Counted from the first letter of the stretch, positions 1 to 9,027 are shown. The stretch: DNA of 64,000 nucleotides from an uncultured Actinomycetes bacterium (GCA_963736835.1 CAVTQI010000004.1:27706-91705), one strand, 5' to 3'. Numbers and translations are program-made. The notes: generated from the letters alone by a model not told the origin.

Positions 1-251
1 TGCTGACCAGGAAGCAGTTCGCAGTGCTCGAAGTCCTCGTCGCCGCCGAAGGCGGCGTCGTCAGCGCGGAAGAGCTCCTAGCGCGAGCATGGGACGAGAA
101 TGCAGACCCGTTCACCAACGCCGTCCGCATCACCGTCTCGGGACTGCGCAAACGCCTCGGCGAACCCTGGATCATCGCCACCGTGCCCGGTGTCGGCTAT
201 CGCATCGACACGCAACCAGACACCGAGGCTGAAGGAGAAGAGCGTGGATAG
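1..251 (+). CDS. OmpR/PhoB-family response regulator, C-terminal winged-helix domain (5' end outside window)
   Basis: Frame 3 reads LTRKQFAVLEVLV..NAVRITVSGLRKRLGEPWIIATVPGVGYRI, typical trans_reg_C domain. Stop at 249-251 overlaps the GTG of the next gene. Confidence 0.8.
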   Translation, partial: LTRKQFAVLEVLVAAEGGVVSAEELLARAWDENADPFTNAVRITVSGLRKRLGEPWIIATVPGVGYRIDTQPDTEAEGEERG

Positions 252-1326
252 ACCTCCTGGTCTGAGCGTTCGTCTCAAACTCACCCTCAGCTACGCCGGC
301 TTCGTCATGCTCGCCGGCGCCGTGCTGCTCACCGCCGGGTACTTCTCCCTCTCGCGTGGCGTGCACCCTGGGGTGATTTTCATCGTGCGCAGCCACGCCG
401 ACCTCCTGCGCAGTTTTGCTCCGATCGCGGCCATGGTGATGGCGTTCCTGCTGGTCTTCGGCCTGCTGGGAGGATGGCTTCTCGCCGGCCGCATGCTCGC
501 CCCGCTAACGCGCATCACAGACGCCACACGCGCGGCCGCGGACGGATCGCTCTCCCACCGAATCCAGCTACCGGGCCGCAGCGACGAGTTCCGCCAACTC
601 GCCGACAGCTTCGACACCATGCTCGCACGGCTCGAAGCACACGTCGTCGAACAGCAGCGATTCGCAGCCAACGCCTCCCATGAACTGCGCACGCCGCTGG
701 CGATCACGCAGACGCTTCTCGACGTCGCTCGCAACGATCCGAACCGTGACGACGGCGAGCTCGTCGACCGCCTTCACGCCGTCAACATCCGAGCGATCGA
801 CCTCACCGAAGCGCTGCTCCTGCTCAGCCGCGCCGACCAGCGGTCCTTCACCAGAGAGCCCGTCGACCTCTCCCTGATTGCGGAAGAAGCGACCGAAACG
901 CTCCTCCCCCTCGCAGAAAACCGCGGCCTGACCATCGAGACCTCCGGCCACACGACCCCCACGATCGGCTCACAGGCGCTTCTGCTGCAGATGACTACGA
1001 ACCTCGTGCACAACGCCATCGTCCACAACCTGCCCGAACAGGGCGCCGTGTGGATCAGGACCAGCGCTCACCCCGAGAGTGTGGTGCTCACCGTCGAGAA
1101 CACCGGCGAGAAGCTCACTCCACAGTCGGTTTCCAAGCTCGCCGAGCCGTTTCTTCGCGGCACCGAACGCATACGCACCGACCACGCCGGTGTCGGCCTC
1201 GGCCTGGCGATCGTCAAGAGCATCACCCAAGCGCACGACGGAAACCTCACCCTCACCCCCCGCGCCGCGGGCGGCCTCAGCGTCACGGTGAAACTACCCG
1301 CCGCGCCGACCCGCGTCTTTACCTGA
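244..1326 (+). CDS. two-component sensor histidine kinase (2 TM, HAMP, HisKA, HATPase_c)
   Basis: GTG at 244 overlaps the regulator stop. H-box [14 protein letters not shown] box NLVHNAIVHN, G box DHAGVGLGLAIV. The ORF-track start at 100 lies inside the upstream gene. Confidence 0.85.
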   Translation: MDRPPGLSVRLKLTLSYAGFVMLAGAVLLTAGYFSLSRGVHPGVIFIVRSHADLLRSFAPIAAMVMAFLLVFGLLGGWLLAGRMLAPLTRITDATRAAADGSLSHRIQLPGRSDEFRQLADSFDTMLARLEAHVVEQQRFAANASHELRTPLAITQTLLDVARNDPNRDDGELVDRLHAVNIRAIDLTEALLLLSRADQRSFTREPVDLSLIAEEATETLLPLAENRGLTIETSGHTTPTIGSQALLLQMTTNLVHNAIVHNLPEQGAVWIRTSAHPESVVLTVENTGEKLTPQSVSKLAEPFLRGTERIRTDHAGVGLGLAIVKSITQAHDGNLTLTPRAAGGLSVTVKLPAAPTRVFT

Positions 1327-2091
1327 GGTCGCACCGGGGTCCGCTGCCTTGCTGCGCGTCTGAATTTGCAGGGGAGACCGACGCAGATGGACTGACAGGT
1401 AGCGGACGCCGGCGCGCCCCGCCGTGATCTTCCGCCGCCTGCCTTTGGCCACGATCAGCGCATCGCCCGAGCGAAGATCGTGAAGCTCGTCGTCGATCGT
1501 GATCGCCGCCGAGCCATCGACCACGAAGACCAAAACGTCGCGCTCGTCGTTGACCTGCTCGCCCGGCCCCGCGCCGGGAGCCCAGGCGAGCAGCGTCGCG
1601 TTGAGATCGTCCGACGCCTGACCCCACACCGGACCACCGGCGACCGGACGAGGGCCGCGCTCGAGTTGATCAGCCGCCAGCCGCTCGATCAGCGGAAACA
1701 GCTGACGCTCCTCGAGCCGCACGTGCGCCTCGAGCAGCTCGCCGATCTCACGCATCGAGCCACGGACGTCGGCTGCACGCTGAAGCTCTGCGACGAGCGC
1801 ATGTAGGCGTTGATGGTCGAGGAGCGCTTTCACGACCAGCGGACGAGCCTCATCAGAGGCGGCAACGAGCGGGAACAGCGTCTCTTCCTCCTCACGAAAG
1901 TGCGGCACGCTGACGGTGGAAAAGAAGTCGCCGAACGCCGCAGCCACGGCTTCCGGATCGTCGTCGCCGTCGGCGGCATCTCGGAGACGCCGCGCTTCAA
2001 CGAGCGCGTGGTGGTGGTCATGCGACAACGGGATCAGGGCGGGATGGCGCTCAATGCACGGACCGTAGCTGCGACTCGGCGGCGCGGCCAG
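1294..2091 (-). CDS. hemerythrin (HHE) domain fused to cupin domain protein, start uncertain
   Basis: LSHDHHHALVEARRL..HFREEEETLFP..LLEAHVRLEERQLFP (hemerythrin-like His/Glu motifs), then a cupin-like C-terminus VLVFVVDGSAAITIDDE..GDALIV. The maximal ORF start 2214 overlaps the upstream gene. There is no ATG/GTG/TTG between 2058 and 2104; CTG at 2091 is the only near-cognate codon. Confidence 0.5.
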   Translation of the reverse strand: MAAPPSRSYGPCIERHPALIPLSHDHHHALVEARRLRDAADGDDDPEAVAAAFGDFFSTVSVPHFREEEETLFPLVAASDEARPLVVKALLDHQRLHALVAELQRAADVRGSMREIGELLEAHVRLEERQLFPLIERLAADQLERGPRPVAGGPVWGQASDDLNATLLAWAPGAGPGEQVNDERDVLVFVVDGSAAITIDDELHDLRSGDALIVAKGRRRKITAGRAGVRYLSVHLRRSPLQIQTRSKAADPGATSGKDAGRRGG

Positions 2092-2104
2092 GCGCGTGCG
2101 CTGG

Positions 2105-2404
2105 TCAGACGCGACGTCCGCGGCGGAGGAAGGGTGCGTGGCCCGTTCCGCTCTTGGCGATCCCCCTGCTGAGGATGTAGGCGGCGCCGATGACCGTGAC
2201 GAGCGTCCAGGCACGGTTGTCGTCGAAGCTGTCGGATGCTGCGGCCGCGATCAAGATCACTGCGGCGAGAAGCAGCATCGCCCAGAACTCCGTCGTTAGC
2301 AGCGACCATCTCGTCTCGTCATGGGCACCAGTTACCTGCTCGCCCGCTTCCTCCATGCGGGTACCCGCACCGTCCGAACGTTCCCTTCGGTCTGACATGG
2401 TCAT
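2105..2404 (-). CDS. small two-TM membrane protein
   Basis: 99-aa ORF with two hydrophobic helices (FWAMLLLAAVILIAAAA, WTLVTVIGAAYIL). Strong RBS GAGAGGGGAAG 5 nt upstream of the ATG. Confidence 0.5.
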   Translation of the reverse strand: MTMSDRRERSDGAGTRMEEAGEQVTGAHDETRWSLLTTEFWAMLLLAAVILIAAAASDSFDDNRAWTLVTVIGAAYILSRGIAKSGTGHAPFLRRGRRV

Positions 2405-2587
2405 GGTCTTCCCCTCTCGTTTGCGCAGATCAAGCGAGCAGATGCCCGTCTGAGTTGTCCGCAGGTTCCCGACGCGGCAGGATCTGAAACCGGAGCTCCA
2501 GGTCGGAAGCCGAGGAGTTGGCTCGCAAGGCGCACTCGACTACGCCTCGTTGGCTAGAGGATCCCTCGCCGAGCGTCGAACACGAAT

Positions 2588-2671
2588 GCGAGAGCCGGGG
2601 CGCCTCGGTCAGACCCCCCGAGTGAGTCCGGCCGTTAGCCGCAGATGACCGGACTGCGCCCCGGCTCTCGC
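2588..2671 (+). promoter_or_regulatory. perfect three-way-junction structure in the leader of the ZIP transporter gene
   Basis: 16-bp perfect closing stem GCGAGAGCCGGGGCGC (2588-2603) / GCGCCCCGGCTCTCGC (2656-2671). It encloses hairpin CTCGG-N9-CCGAG (2604-2622) and hairpin AGTCCGG-N17-CCGGACT (2625-2655). Strand not resolvable because all pairs are Watson-Crick. Confidence 0.35.
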
Positions 2672-2747
2672 TGATGCCAATTCGGCAATGAGGCTCCTGA
2701 CAAGGCGGCACCGCCGCCGCGTCCCGTCGGCGTCTGCTCGCCCCGCG

Positions 2748-3491
2748 ATGATTCGGGCGGTGCTCGCTTCGTTCGCGTGGGGTTTCGCCGCCGCTGCCAC
2801 CCTGATCGTCGGCGGCGCCTTTGCTCTCCGTTTTCCGGTCGGAGAGCGGGCGCTCGGCATGGTCATGGCATTCGGCAGCGGCGTTCTGATCAGCGCCGTC
2901 GCGTTCGAGCTCGTCGAAGAGGCCTTCAACAAGGCCAGTGGGAAAGGAAGCGTCGCTCTCGGGCTCTTCGCGGGGTCCCTGGTCTTCTACACGGGCGACT
3001 CGCTCATCGATCGAACCGGCGGCGCCGACCGCAAGCATTCCGGTGGCCGACAGGCCGAGGGCTCCCCACTCGCGATCGTGCTCGGAATCGTGCTGGACGG
3101 GATCCCGGAGTCGATCGTGCTCGGCCTGACGATCGTCGTCAGCGGGAGCGTCAGCGCGGCGTTCCTCGTCGCCGTGGCACTGTCGAACATCCCAGAGGCG
3201 ATCGCCGCCAGCAGCGGGCTGGCGAAAGCCGGGTGGGCGCAGCGTCACATCCTTGGGCTCTGGCTGTTGGTTGCAATCGTGTCGGGGCTCGCCGCGCTAC
3301 TCGGATTCGTCGCCTTCGATTCGGCGTCGGGCGGGACGGTCGCGTTCGTGCTCGCCTTTGCGGGCGGCGCGATCCTGACGATGCTCGCAGACACGATGAT
3401 GCCCGAGGCGTTCGAGCACGGCGGGAAGCTCGTCGGCCTCGTCACGACGCTCGGCTTCGGGCTCGCCTTCGCGATCAGCGCCCTGGACTAG
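2748..3491 (+). CDS. ZIP-family divalent metal transporter (ZupT-like)
   Basis: Multi-TM protein with GSGVLISAVAFELVEEA, LGIVLDGIPESIVLG, ALSNIPEAIAAS, GGAILTMLADTMMPEAFEHGG. ATG at 2748 preferred over 2688. Confidence 0.85.
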   Translation: MIRAVLASFAWGFAAAATLIVGGAFALRFPVGERALGMVMAFGSGVLISAVAFELVEEAFNKASGKGSVALGLFAGSLVFYTGDSLIDRTGGADRKHSGGRQAEGSPLAIVLGIVLDGIPESIVLGLTIVVSGSVSAAFLVAVALSNIPEAIAASSGLAKAGWAQRHILGLWLLVAIVSGLAALLGFVAFDSASGGTVAFVLAFAGGAILTMLADTMMPEAFEHGGKLVGLVTTLGFGLAFAISALD

Positions 3492-3568
3492 CGGCCGCAT
3501 AGCGTGAGGGACGAGTGTGTCTAGAAACCAGTCGGCGCATGGCTCCTCCTGTCTCTTAACCTCCTGAG

Positions 3569-4465
3569 ATGAATACCTCGGGAGCTTCGATCACGTTGAA
3601 CAACGGCGTCGAGTTGCCGGTCCTCGGACTGGGCGTCTTCCAGAGCCCTCCCGCCGAAACCATCGACGCCGTCGACGCCGCGATCGCGAACGGCTATCGG
3701 CTCGTCGACACCGCGGCCGCCTACGGCAACGAGCGCGAGGTCGGCGAAGCGATCCGCCGTTCCGGGATCGACCGCGACGAGATGTTCGTGACGACGAAGC
3801 TCTGGATCAGCGACTACGGCTACGAGGAGGCGCTCGTCGGCGTGGACGGCTGCCTGCGCCGACTCGGCTTCGACTACGTCGACCTCTTCCTCCTTCATCA
3901 CCCGGTCCCGACCGACTTCGACGGGACGATCGCCGCGTATACGGCGGCGGAGCAGATGCTGGCGGACGGTCGTGTGCGCGCGATCGGCATCTCGAACTTC
4001 AGCGAACGCCATCTCGGAAACCTGATGAGCCGGACGAGCGTCGTGCCTGCCGTCAACCAGGTCGAGCTGCACCCGTTCTTCACGCAGCAGGCCCTCCGCG
4101 ACTTCCACGACGCAAATGGCATCGCCACCCAGGCGTGGTCGCCGCTCGGCGGGATCAACCGATACCGCCCTGCTGACACGGGCAACGCGAAGGACCCGCT
4201 CGAGGAGCCGACGATCGTCGAGCTCGCAGCGAAGTACGGCAAGACGCCCGCGCAGGTCGTGCTCCGCTGGCACATCGAGCGCGGAGTCGCCGCGATCCCG
4301 AAGTCGGTCAAGCCACACCGCATCGCAGAGAACTTCGACGTCTTCGACTTCACGCTGACCCCGGACGAGGTCGCGGCGATCGACGCACTCGACACCGGCA
4401 TCCGCGGCGGCCCCGACCCCGAGCTCATCAACACCGAGCTCTACCCGCTCAAGGTCGAGAACTGA
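3569..4465 (+). CDS. aldo/keto reductase (diketogluconate-reductase-like)
   Basis: ITLNNGVELPVLGLGVFQ, YRLVDTAAAYGNE, LWISDYGY, LHHP, IPKSVKPHRIAENF. Confidence 0.9.
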   Translation: MNTSGASITLNNGVELPVLGLGVFQSPPAETIDAVDAAIANGYRLVDTAAAYGNEREVGEAIRRSGIDRDEMFVTTKLWISDYGYEEALVGVDGCLRRLGFDYVDLFLLHHPVPTDFDGTIAAYTAAEQMLADGRVRAIGISNFSERHLGNLMSRTSVVPAVNQVELHPFFTQQALRDFHDANGIATQAWSPLGGINRYRPADTGNAKDPLEEPTIVELAAKYGKTPAQVVLRWHIERGVAAIPKSVKPHRIAENFDVFDFTLTPDEVAAIDALDTGIRGGPDPELINTELYPLKVEN

Positions 4466-5286
4466 CGGACGACGCTCGCGCATTCGACGAGTTCGAGGCG
4501 GCCGGCTGGCAGCGCGTGGCAGGTCGCTACACCGAGCTCTTGAGTCCTGTCACGAGCCAGGCCATCGGCCCGCTTCTCGATGCGGCCGGCGTCGGAGCAC
4601 GCATGCGGGTTCTCGACGTCGGAACGGGCCCGGGGGAAGCCGCCGCGGGTGCCGTCGCGCGAGGCGCGGACGCGACGGGAATCGACGTCGCGCCGGCGAT
4701 GGTCGACATCGCAGCAGAACGCCATCCCGAGGCGCAGTTCGTCCAGGGCTCCGTGACCGAGCTGCCGTTCGCGGACGGATCGTTCGACGTGGGCGTTGGC
4801 AACATCGTCATTCAGCACGTGAGCGAGCCCGAGCGAGCCGCACGAGAGCTCGCCCGTGTGCTCGTGCCGGGCGGGCGCGTGGCGCTCTCGACCTGGGACG
4901 TCCCAGAGCGTTCGCCGATCTTCGGAGCCCTGCTCGGAGCGGTCGCGGACGCCGCCGTACCGCCTCCGGATCAGGTCCCAGACGGGCCGTCGTTCTTCCA
5001 GTTCGCGGAAGACGACGTGTTCCGTGCGTTGCTCGTAAACGCCGGCTTCGCCGACGTGGAAGTCACCTCGTTCACGTTCGAGTTCCCCGTGGACTCGGCC
5101 GACGAGCTGATCAACGTCGTCGCCGAAGGCACCGTGCGAATGGGCGCATTGCTGCGAATGGCCGATGACTCCCAGCGGGCGCGCATGCGAGAAAGCGTCG
5201 AACAGCGGATCGCGCCCTGGCGCCGCGGCGACCGCTACCTCGTTCCCGCTCCGGTCAAGATCGCCGCAGGAACGAAACCCGGCTAG
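4462..5286 (+). CDS. class I SAM-dependent methyltransferase (probable CTG start in CTGA overlap)
   Basis: Motif I RVLDVGTGPG, LPFADGSFDVGVGN. The conserved-looking N-terminus AFDEFEAAGWQRVAGRY lies upstream of the first GTG (4516), and the only in-frame start-like codon is CTG 4462. Confidence 0.8.
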   Translation: MTDDARAFDEFEAAGWQRVAGRYTELLSPVTSQAIGPLLDAAGVGARMRVLDVGTGPGEAAAGAVARGADATGIDVAPAMVDIAAERHPEAQFVQGSVTELPFADGSFDVGVGNIVIQHVSEPERAARELARVLVPGGRVALSTWDVPERSPIFGALLGAVADAAVPPPDQVPDGPSFFQFAEDDVFRALLVNAGFADVEVTSFTFEFPVDSADELINVVAEGTVRMGALLRMADDSQRARMRESVEQRIAPWRRGDRYLVPAPVKIAAGTKPG

Positions 5287-5310
5287 CGGTTGATCGCCGC
5301 GATAGCGGCC

Positions 5311-5985
5311 TTACCGAAAGAGCGTCAGCTCGGGCTCGCGTTCGCCGCGCAGGACGGCCAGATCGACCTCGACGCAGCGGATGTCGCGCGACTCGGCGAG
5401 CGCGACCGCCTGCGGCTTGATCGTCTGCGCCGCGAGCACGCCGCGGCAAGCGGCCTTCGCCGGGTCCTCGCGGATGAAGCCGAGGTAGCGCGTCAGCTGC
5501 TCGACCGCCTCGATCGTCCCGATGCGCTTGATCTCGACCGCGACCCACTCACCGTCCTCGTCCTTGCACATGAGGTCGACCGGGCCGACCTCCGTCGACC
5601 ACTCGCGCTTCACGAGGGTCAGCCGCTCGCCGAGCGCCGACGGCGCCGCCGCCAGCAGCTCCTGCAGGTCGCGCTCGGCGCCGTCCTTCTGCAGCGCCGC
5701 CGACTCCCCCATGTCGTGAACGACGTCGCTCAGCACCTCGACGAGGCGGATCTCGAGGACGTCCTCCGTCTTCGCCTTCCGCACGACGAGCACGTCGCCG
5801 AGCTCCTCGGCGACCGCCGGCCCCGTCATCCAGTTCAGCGGCTTGTAGCCGCCGGCGTCGTCGTGGACGAGCACGGAGCCGTCGGCCTTCAGGATCAGCA
5901 GTCGGACCGCCTCCGGCAGGACGGCGGTCAGGCGACCCGTGTAGCGGACCTCGCAGCGGGCGACGAGCAGGCGCACGATCCGCAC
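5311..5985 (-). CDS. nucS: endonuclease NucS (EndoMS mismatch endonuclease)
   Basis: MRIVRLLVARCEVRYTGRL..LILKADGSVLVHDD..GYKPLNWM..VDLMCKDEDGEWVAVEIKR, full-length 224 aa. Confidence 0.9.
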   Translation of the reverse strand: MRIVRLLVARCEVRYTGRLTAVLPEAVRLLILKADGSVLVHDDAGGYKPLNWMTGPAVAEELGDVLVVRKAKTEDVLEIRLVEVLSDVVHDMGESAALQKDGAERDLQELLAAAPSALGERLTLVKREWSTEVGPVDLMCKDEDGEWVAVEIKRIGTIEAVEQLTRYLGFIREDPAKAACRGVLAAQTIKPQAVALAESRDIRCVEVDLAVLRGEREPELTLFR

Positions 5986-6042
5986 CCTATTGCCCTTTTC
6001 GGACAGGTCTCCGGCAACTCCACAGCGCTTTGTGGAACTCGC

Positions 6043-6633
6043 CTAGTGCGCGTCGATGCCCACGGAGCCCGACATCGTGTCTTGTAGACGATCGGCGGCC
6101 GGCAGCGTCAGGGTCGCGAGCATGAAGCCGGCGGCAATGGATGCTCCGACGAGCCCGACGCGGATCGCGGTCCCGGCAGACAGCCGGCGGAGCGCGGGCA
6201 TCAGGCGGAAAACACGCATCAGCACGTGAAGGGACATCGCGCCCAGCCAGACCACGAAGCTCGCCTTGTGCAGACCGACGATCGTCCCATCGGTCCGGTC
6301 GAGCGCGAGCAGCGCGACGCCCGTCCCGAACAGGAGCGTCGTAGAGACCATGAGCACGGGCGCGATGAGCACACGCACCGCAACGTGCGGCGGCCCGCGC
6401 CGCACGTACTCGGGATCGCCAAGGTAGTAGCGAGCCATCCGCCACCCCGTGCTCGCGAGCTTCAGGGCGACGACGGGGATCAGGAGCATCCCGACGAACG
6501 CATGCATCGTGAGCAGCGCGTGCATATCGAGGAGCGTCGCGCCCTCGGTCGCCAGCAGCACCAGCAGGAGCGTGGCGACGATCGCCGTCAGCTGCTCGTT
6601 CCCGTCGCTTCTGCCGCTGAGCCTCCCCGCCAT
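6043..6633 (-). CDS. integral membrane protein, unknown function
   Basis: 196 aa, 5-6 predicted TM helices. No recognisable catalytic motif. Confidence 0.5.
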   Translation of the reverse strand: MAGRLSGRSDGNEQLTAIVATLLLVLLATEGATLLDMHALLTMHAFVGMLLIPVVALKLASTGWRMARYYLGDPEYVRRGPPHVAVRVLIAPVLMVSTTLLFGTGVALLALDRTDGTIVGLHKASFVVWLGAMSLHVLMRVFRLMPALRRLSAGTAIRVGLVGASIAAGFMLATLTLPAADRLQDTMSGSVGIDAH

Positions 6634-6686
6634 GGCCCCTGACTGTAGCCCCCGGGTTCCTTCCTTGGCTCCGTTAACGTTCGGCT

Positions 6687-7016
6687 ATGGAATCAGCGCG
6701 CGCAGAAGAGCTCCTGGCCGCGGAACGAGCGCGGATCGAGCGGGCGCTGGCGCAGCTCGGGCACCAGGAGTCCGGCGAGCTGTCGGACGACGATGCGGCC
6801 GATCGCGCGTCCGACCTCTACCAGGACGAGCTCGACGAGGGGCTGTCCGGCGACCTCCGCGAGGAGCTGGCGGCTATCGAGCGGGCCGAGGCGCGCCTTC
6901 GTGACGGGACGTACGGCCTCTCGATCGAGAGCGGAAAGCCGATTCCGGACGAACGTCTCGAAGCTCGCCCCACGGCGGAGCTGACGATCGAGGAAGAACG
7001 GGCCCGGCCCACCTAG
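6687..7016 (+). CDS. DksA/TraR-like protein lacking the zinc-finger cysteines
   Basis: Coiled-coil N-terminus, acidic tip DLYQDELDE, C-terminus LRDGTYGLSIESGKPIPDERLEARPTAELTIEE aligns with the DksA C4 region but has no Cys. Confidence 0.6.
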   Translation: MESARAEELLAAERARIERALAQLGHQESGELSDDDAADRASDLYQDELDEGLSGDLREELAAIERAEARLRDGTYGLSIESGKPIPDERLEARPTAELTIEEERARPT

Positions 7017-7025
7017 CGACTTTCC

Positions 7026-7718
7026 GTGCTTCCCGACTATTGGCTGGAGCAGCCGCCGCTGCGCATGAACCGCGCCACGAGCGAGGCTGTCGAGGAGGTC
7101 CTCTCGCTGGTCGACTCCGATAGCGCTGATGGAGTGCTCGACGTGGACAGCATCCTCGGCGACGGGGACGACATCAGCCGCTGGCAGTTCCTGCGCGGAC
7201 TGGCCGACCACCGAACGCTGGCCTTTCACGGCACCGGCGATCCGAACATCGAGTCGTTCGAGCCCCGCAAGCCGATCGACTTCGCACCGTTCGGCGACCA
7301 GACGGCCGTCTTCGCCACGAGCGACCCGATCTGGGCGATGTTCTACGCGATCGTCGACCGGGATCGGCACCCGCTGACGCTCAACAACGCCTGCATCATC
7401 GTGACGGACGCAGAAGGTCGTCCCAGCCGGCACTACTACTTCTCGGTCAGCCGTGACGCGGTGGGCCGGCGACCCTGGCGAAGCGGCTATCTCTATGTCC
7501 TACCGGCGGAGACGTTCGTCGAGCAACCGCCGGGAACGTACGCCGGCCTTGCCGCTCGCGTGCCGCAGCTCGCGAGCCCGGTCTCGGTCAAACCCTTCGC
7601 GCGCATGGAGATCGCTCCGAGCGATTTCCCGTTCCTCGAGCAGATTCGCGGCCACGACGACGACCGCCTGGCCGAGTACGCCGAGGCAGTCATGGCCGCG
7701 GCTCCGTGGCCGGACTGA
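7026..7718 (+). CDS. hypothetical protein
   Basis: 230-aa ORF with normal coding composition. No motif recognised. Confidence 0.5.
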   Translation: MLPDYWLEQPPLRMNRATSEAVEEVLSLVDSDSADGVLDVDSILGDGDDISRWQFLRGLADHRTLAFHGTGDPNIESFEPRKPIDFAPFGDQTAVFATSDPIWAMFYAIVDRDRHPLTLNNACIIVTDAEGRPSRHYYFSVSRDAVGRRPWRSGYLYVLPAETFVEQPPGTYAGLAARVPQLASPVSVKPFARMEIAPSDFPFLEQIRGHDDDRLAEYAEAVMAAAPWPD

Positions 7719-9006
7719 GCCGGGTCCCGCCTCGTCGATCGCGAGCCGAGCGGTCGCTCCGCGGACGGATGAGGTACCACGTGTCGATCTCACCCTTCCC
7801 TTTGACCGTGATCGACCCGCGCGGCTCACACTCGAACTCGTCCGCGAGCAGCTGGTAGGTCGCGCGAGTGATCTGGATCCGCCCCGCCGCGCCGTGCGAT
7901 TCCATTCGACTCGCCGTGTTCACGGCGTCGCCCCAGAGGTCGTAGAGGAACCGCTTCCGTCCGATCACGCCGGCCACCACCGGGCCCGAATTGATACCGA
8001 CTCGCAGCTCGAGGCCGAGGTGCCCGACGCCATCGTCCGAGCGCATCGACTCGAGCATGTCCAGCGCCATGAACGCGAGTGCACGAGCATGGTCGGGACG
8101 GGGTGTCGGAACGCCGGCCGCGACCATGTAGCAGTCGCCGATCGTCTTGATCTTCTCGAGCCCGTGCTGCTCGGCGAGCTCGTCGAAGTGACTGAACAGG
8201 TGATCGAGGTAGCCGACGACCTCGGCGGGCGGGAGCCGCTCCGACCAGGGCGTGAAGTCGACCACGTCGGCGAACAGGATCGAGGCCGAAGGAAACTGGT
8301 CGGCGATCGGCTGTCTCTCGTCCTTCAGCCTGTCGGCGATCGAGCGCGGCAGGATGTTGAGGAGCAGATTCTCCGCCTTTTCCTGTTCCTGGCGAAGCGC
8401 TGCAAGCGCCTCACGGCGCTGGCTGGCGAAGACCGCGAGCAGCAGGAACACGATGGTTCCGCCGACTGCGATGTTCAGGGCGAGCATCGTGCTCGTGAAC
8501 CAGACGGGCAGCGGCGTCCAGATCGGCCCGATCAACTCGCCCGCGAACCCTGATCCGAGGAACACGACGACGAAGGCGGCATACCAGCGAACCGCAGACC
8601 GCACCTCGCTGAACACGAGCGCCCCGAGCGGCGCGAGAATCCCCCACAGGCCGACGCCCCCGGAGTCGAGGAATCCTCCGAGCGGAATCATCGAGAGGGT
8701 CGGCGCGAGCAGGATGTCGACCTGGCCCACCCGGAGCAGCCGAGAGAAGTCGCGCGTCCGCGAGAACACGAGGATCGCACCGAGCAGGACGCCGAAGTAC
8801 ACGAGCGGCACCACGCCGACCGGCGATCCGAACGCGAGGTAGAGCGCGCCCCACAGTGCCGCGACCGGCAGGATCAACACCGAAATCAGGACGAGCAGCG
8901 CCTTTCGAGCGCGCAGGTCCTCGTCGTCGTGCGGGTCCGCGCCGACTAGCGCCAGGCGTGCGCTGAGGCGCTCCGCCGTCGCTCGGATCCGGTCCAGGAC
9001 GTGCAT
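7690..9006 (-). CDS. membrane-anchored class III adenylate/guanylate cyclase
   Basis: About 6 TM N-terminal domain, then ILFADVVDFT..KTIGDCYMVAAG..LRVGINSGPVVAGVIG..YDLWGDAVNTASRMES. Confidence 0.85.
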   Translation of the reverse strand: MHVLDRIRATAERLSARLALVGADPHDDEDLRARKALLVLISVLILPVAALWGALYLAFGSPVGVVPLVYFGVLLGAILVFSRTRDFSRLLRVGQVDILLAPTLSMIPLGGFLDSGGVGLWGILAPLGALVFSEVRSAVRWYAAFVVVFLGSGFAGELIGPIWTPLPVWFTSTMLALNIAVGGTIVFLLLAVFASQRREALAALRQEQEKAENLLLNILPRSIADRLKDERQPIADQFPSASILFADVVDFTPWSERLPPAEVVGYLDHLFSHFDELAEQHGLEKIKTIGDCYMVAAGVPTPRPDHARALAFMALDMLESMRSDDGVGHLGLELRVGINSGPVVAGVIGRKRFLYDLWGDAVNTASRMESHGAAGRIQITRATYQLLADEFECEPRGSITVKGKGEIDTWYLIRPRSDRSARDRRGGTRLSPATEPRP

Positions 9007-9027
9007 GCCGGAGACGTTACTCGCGCA

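Noticed and set aside
2588-2671. Assigning the three-way junction to a known riboswitch class (NiCo, Mn/yybP-ykoY, or a Zur operator)
   Set aside because: The architecture and conserved-nucleotide patterns I remember for those classes do not fit, and there is no AT-rich Zur-type palindrome. It is reported only as an unclassified structure.
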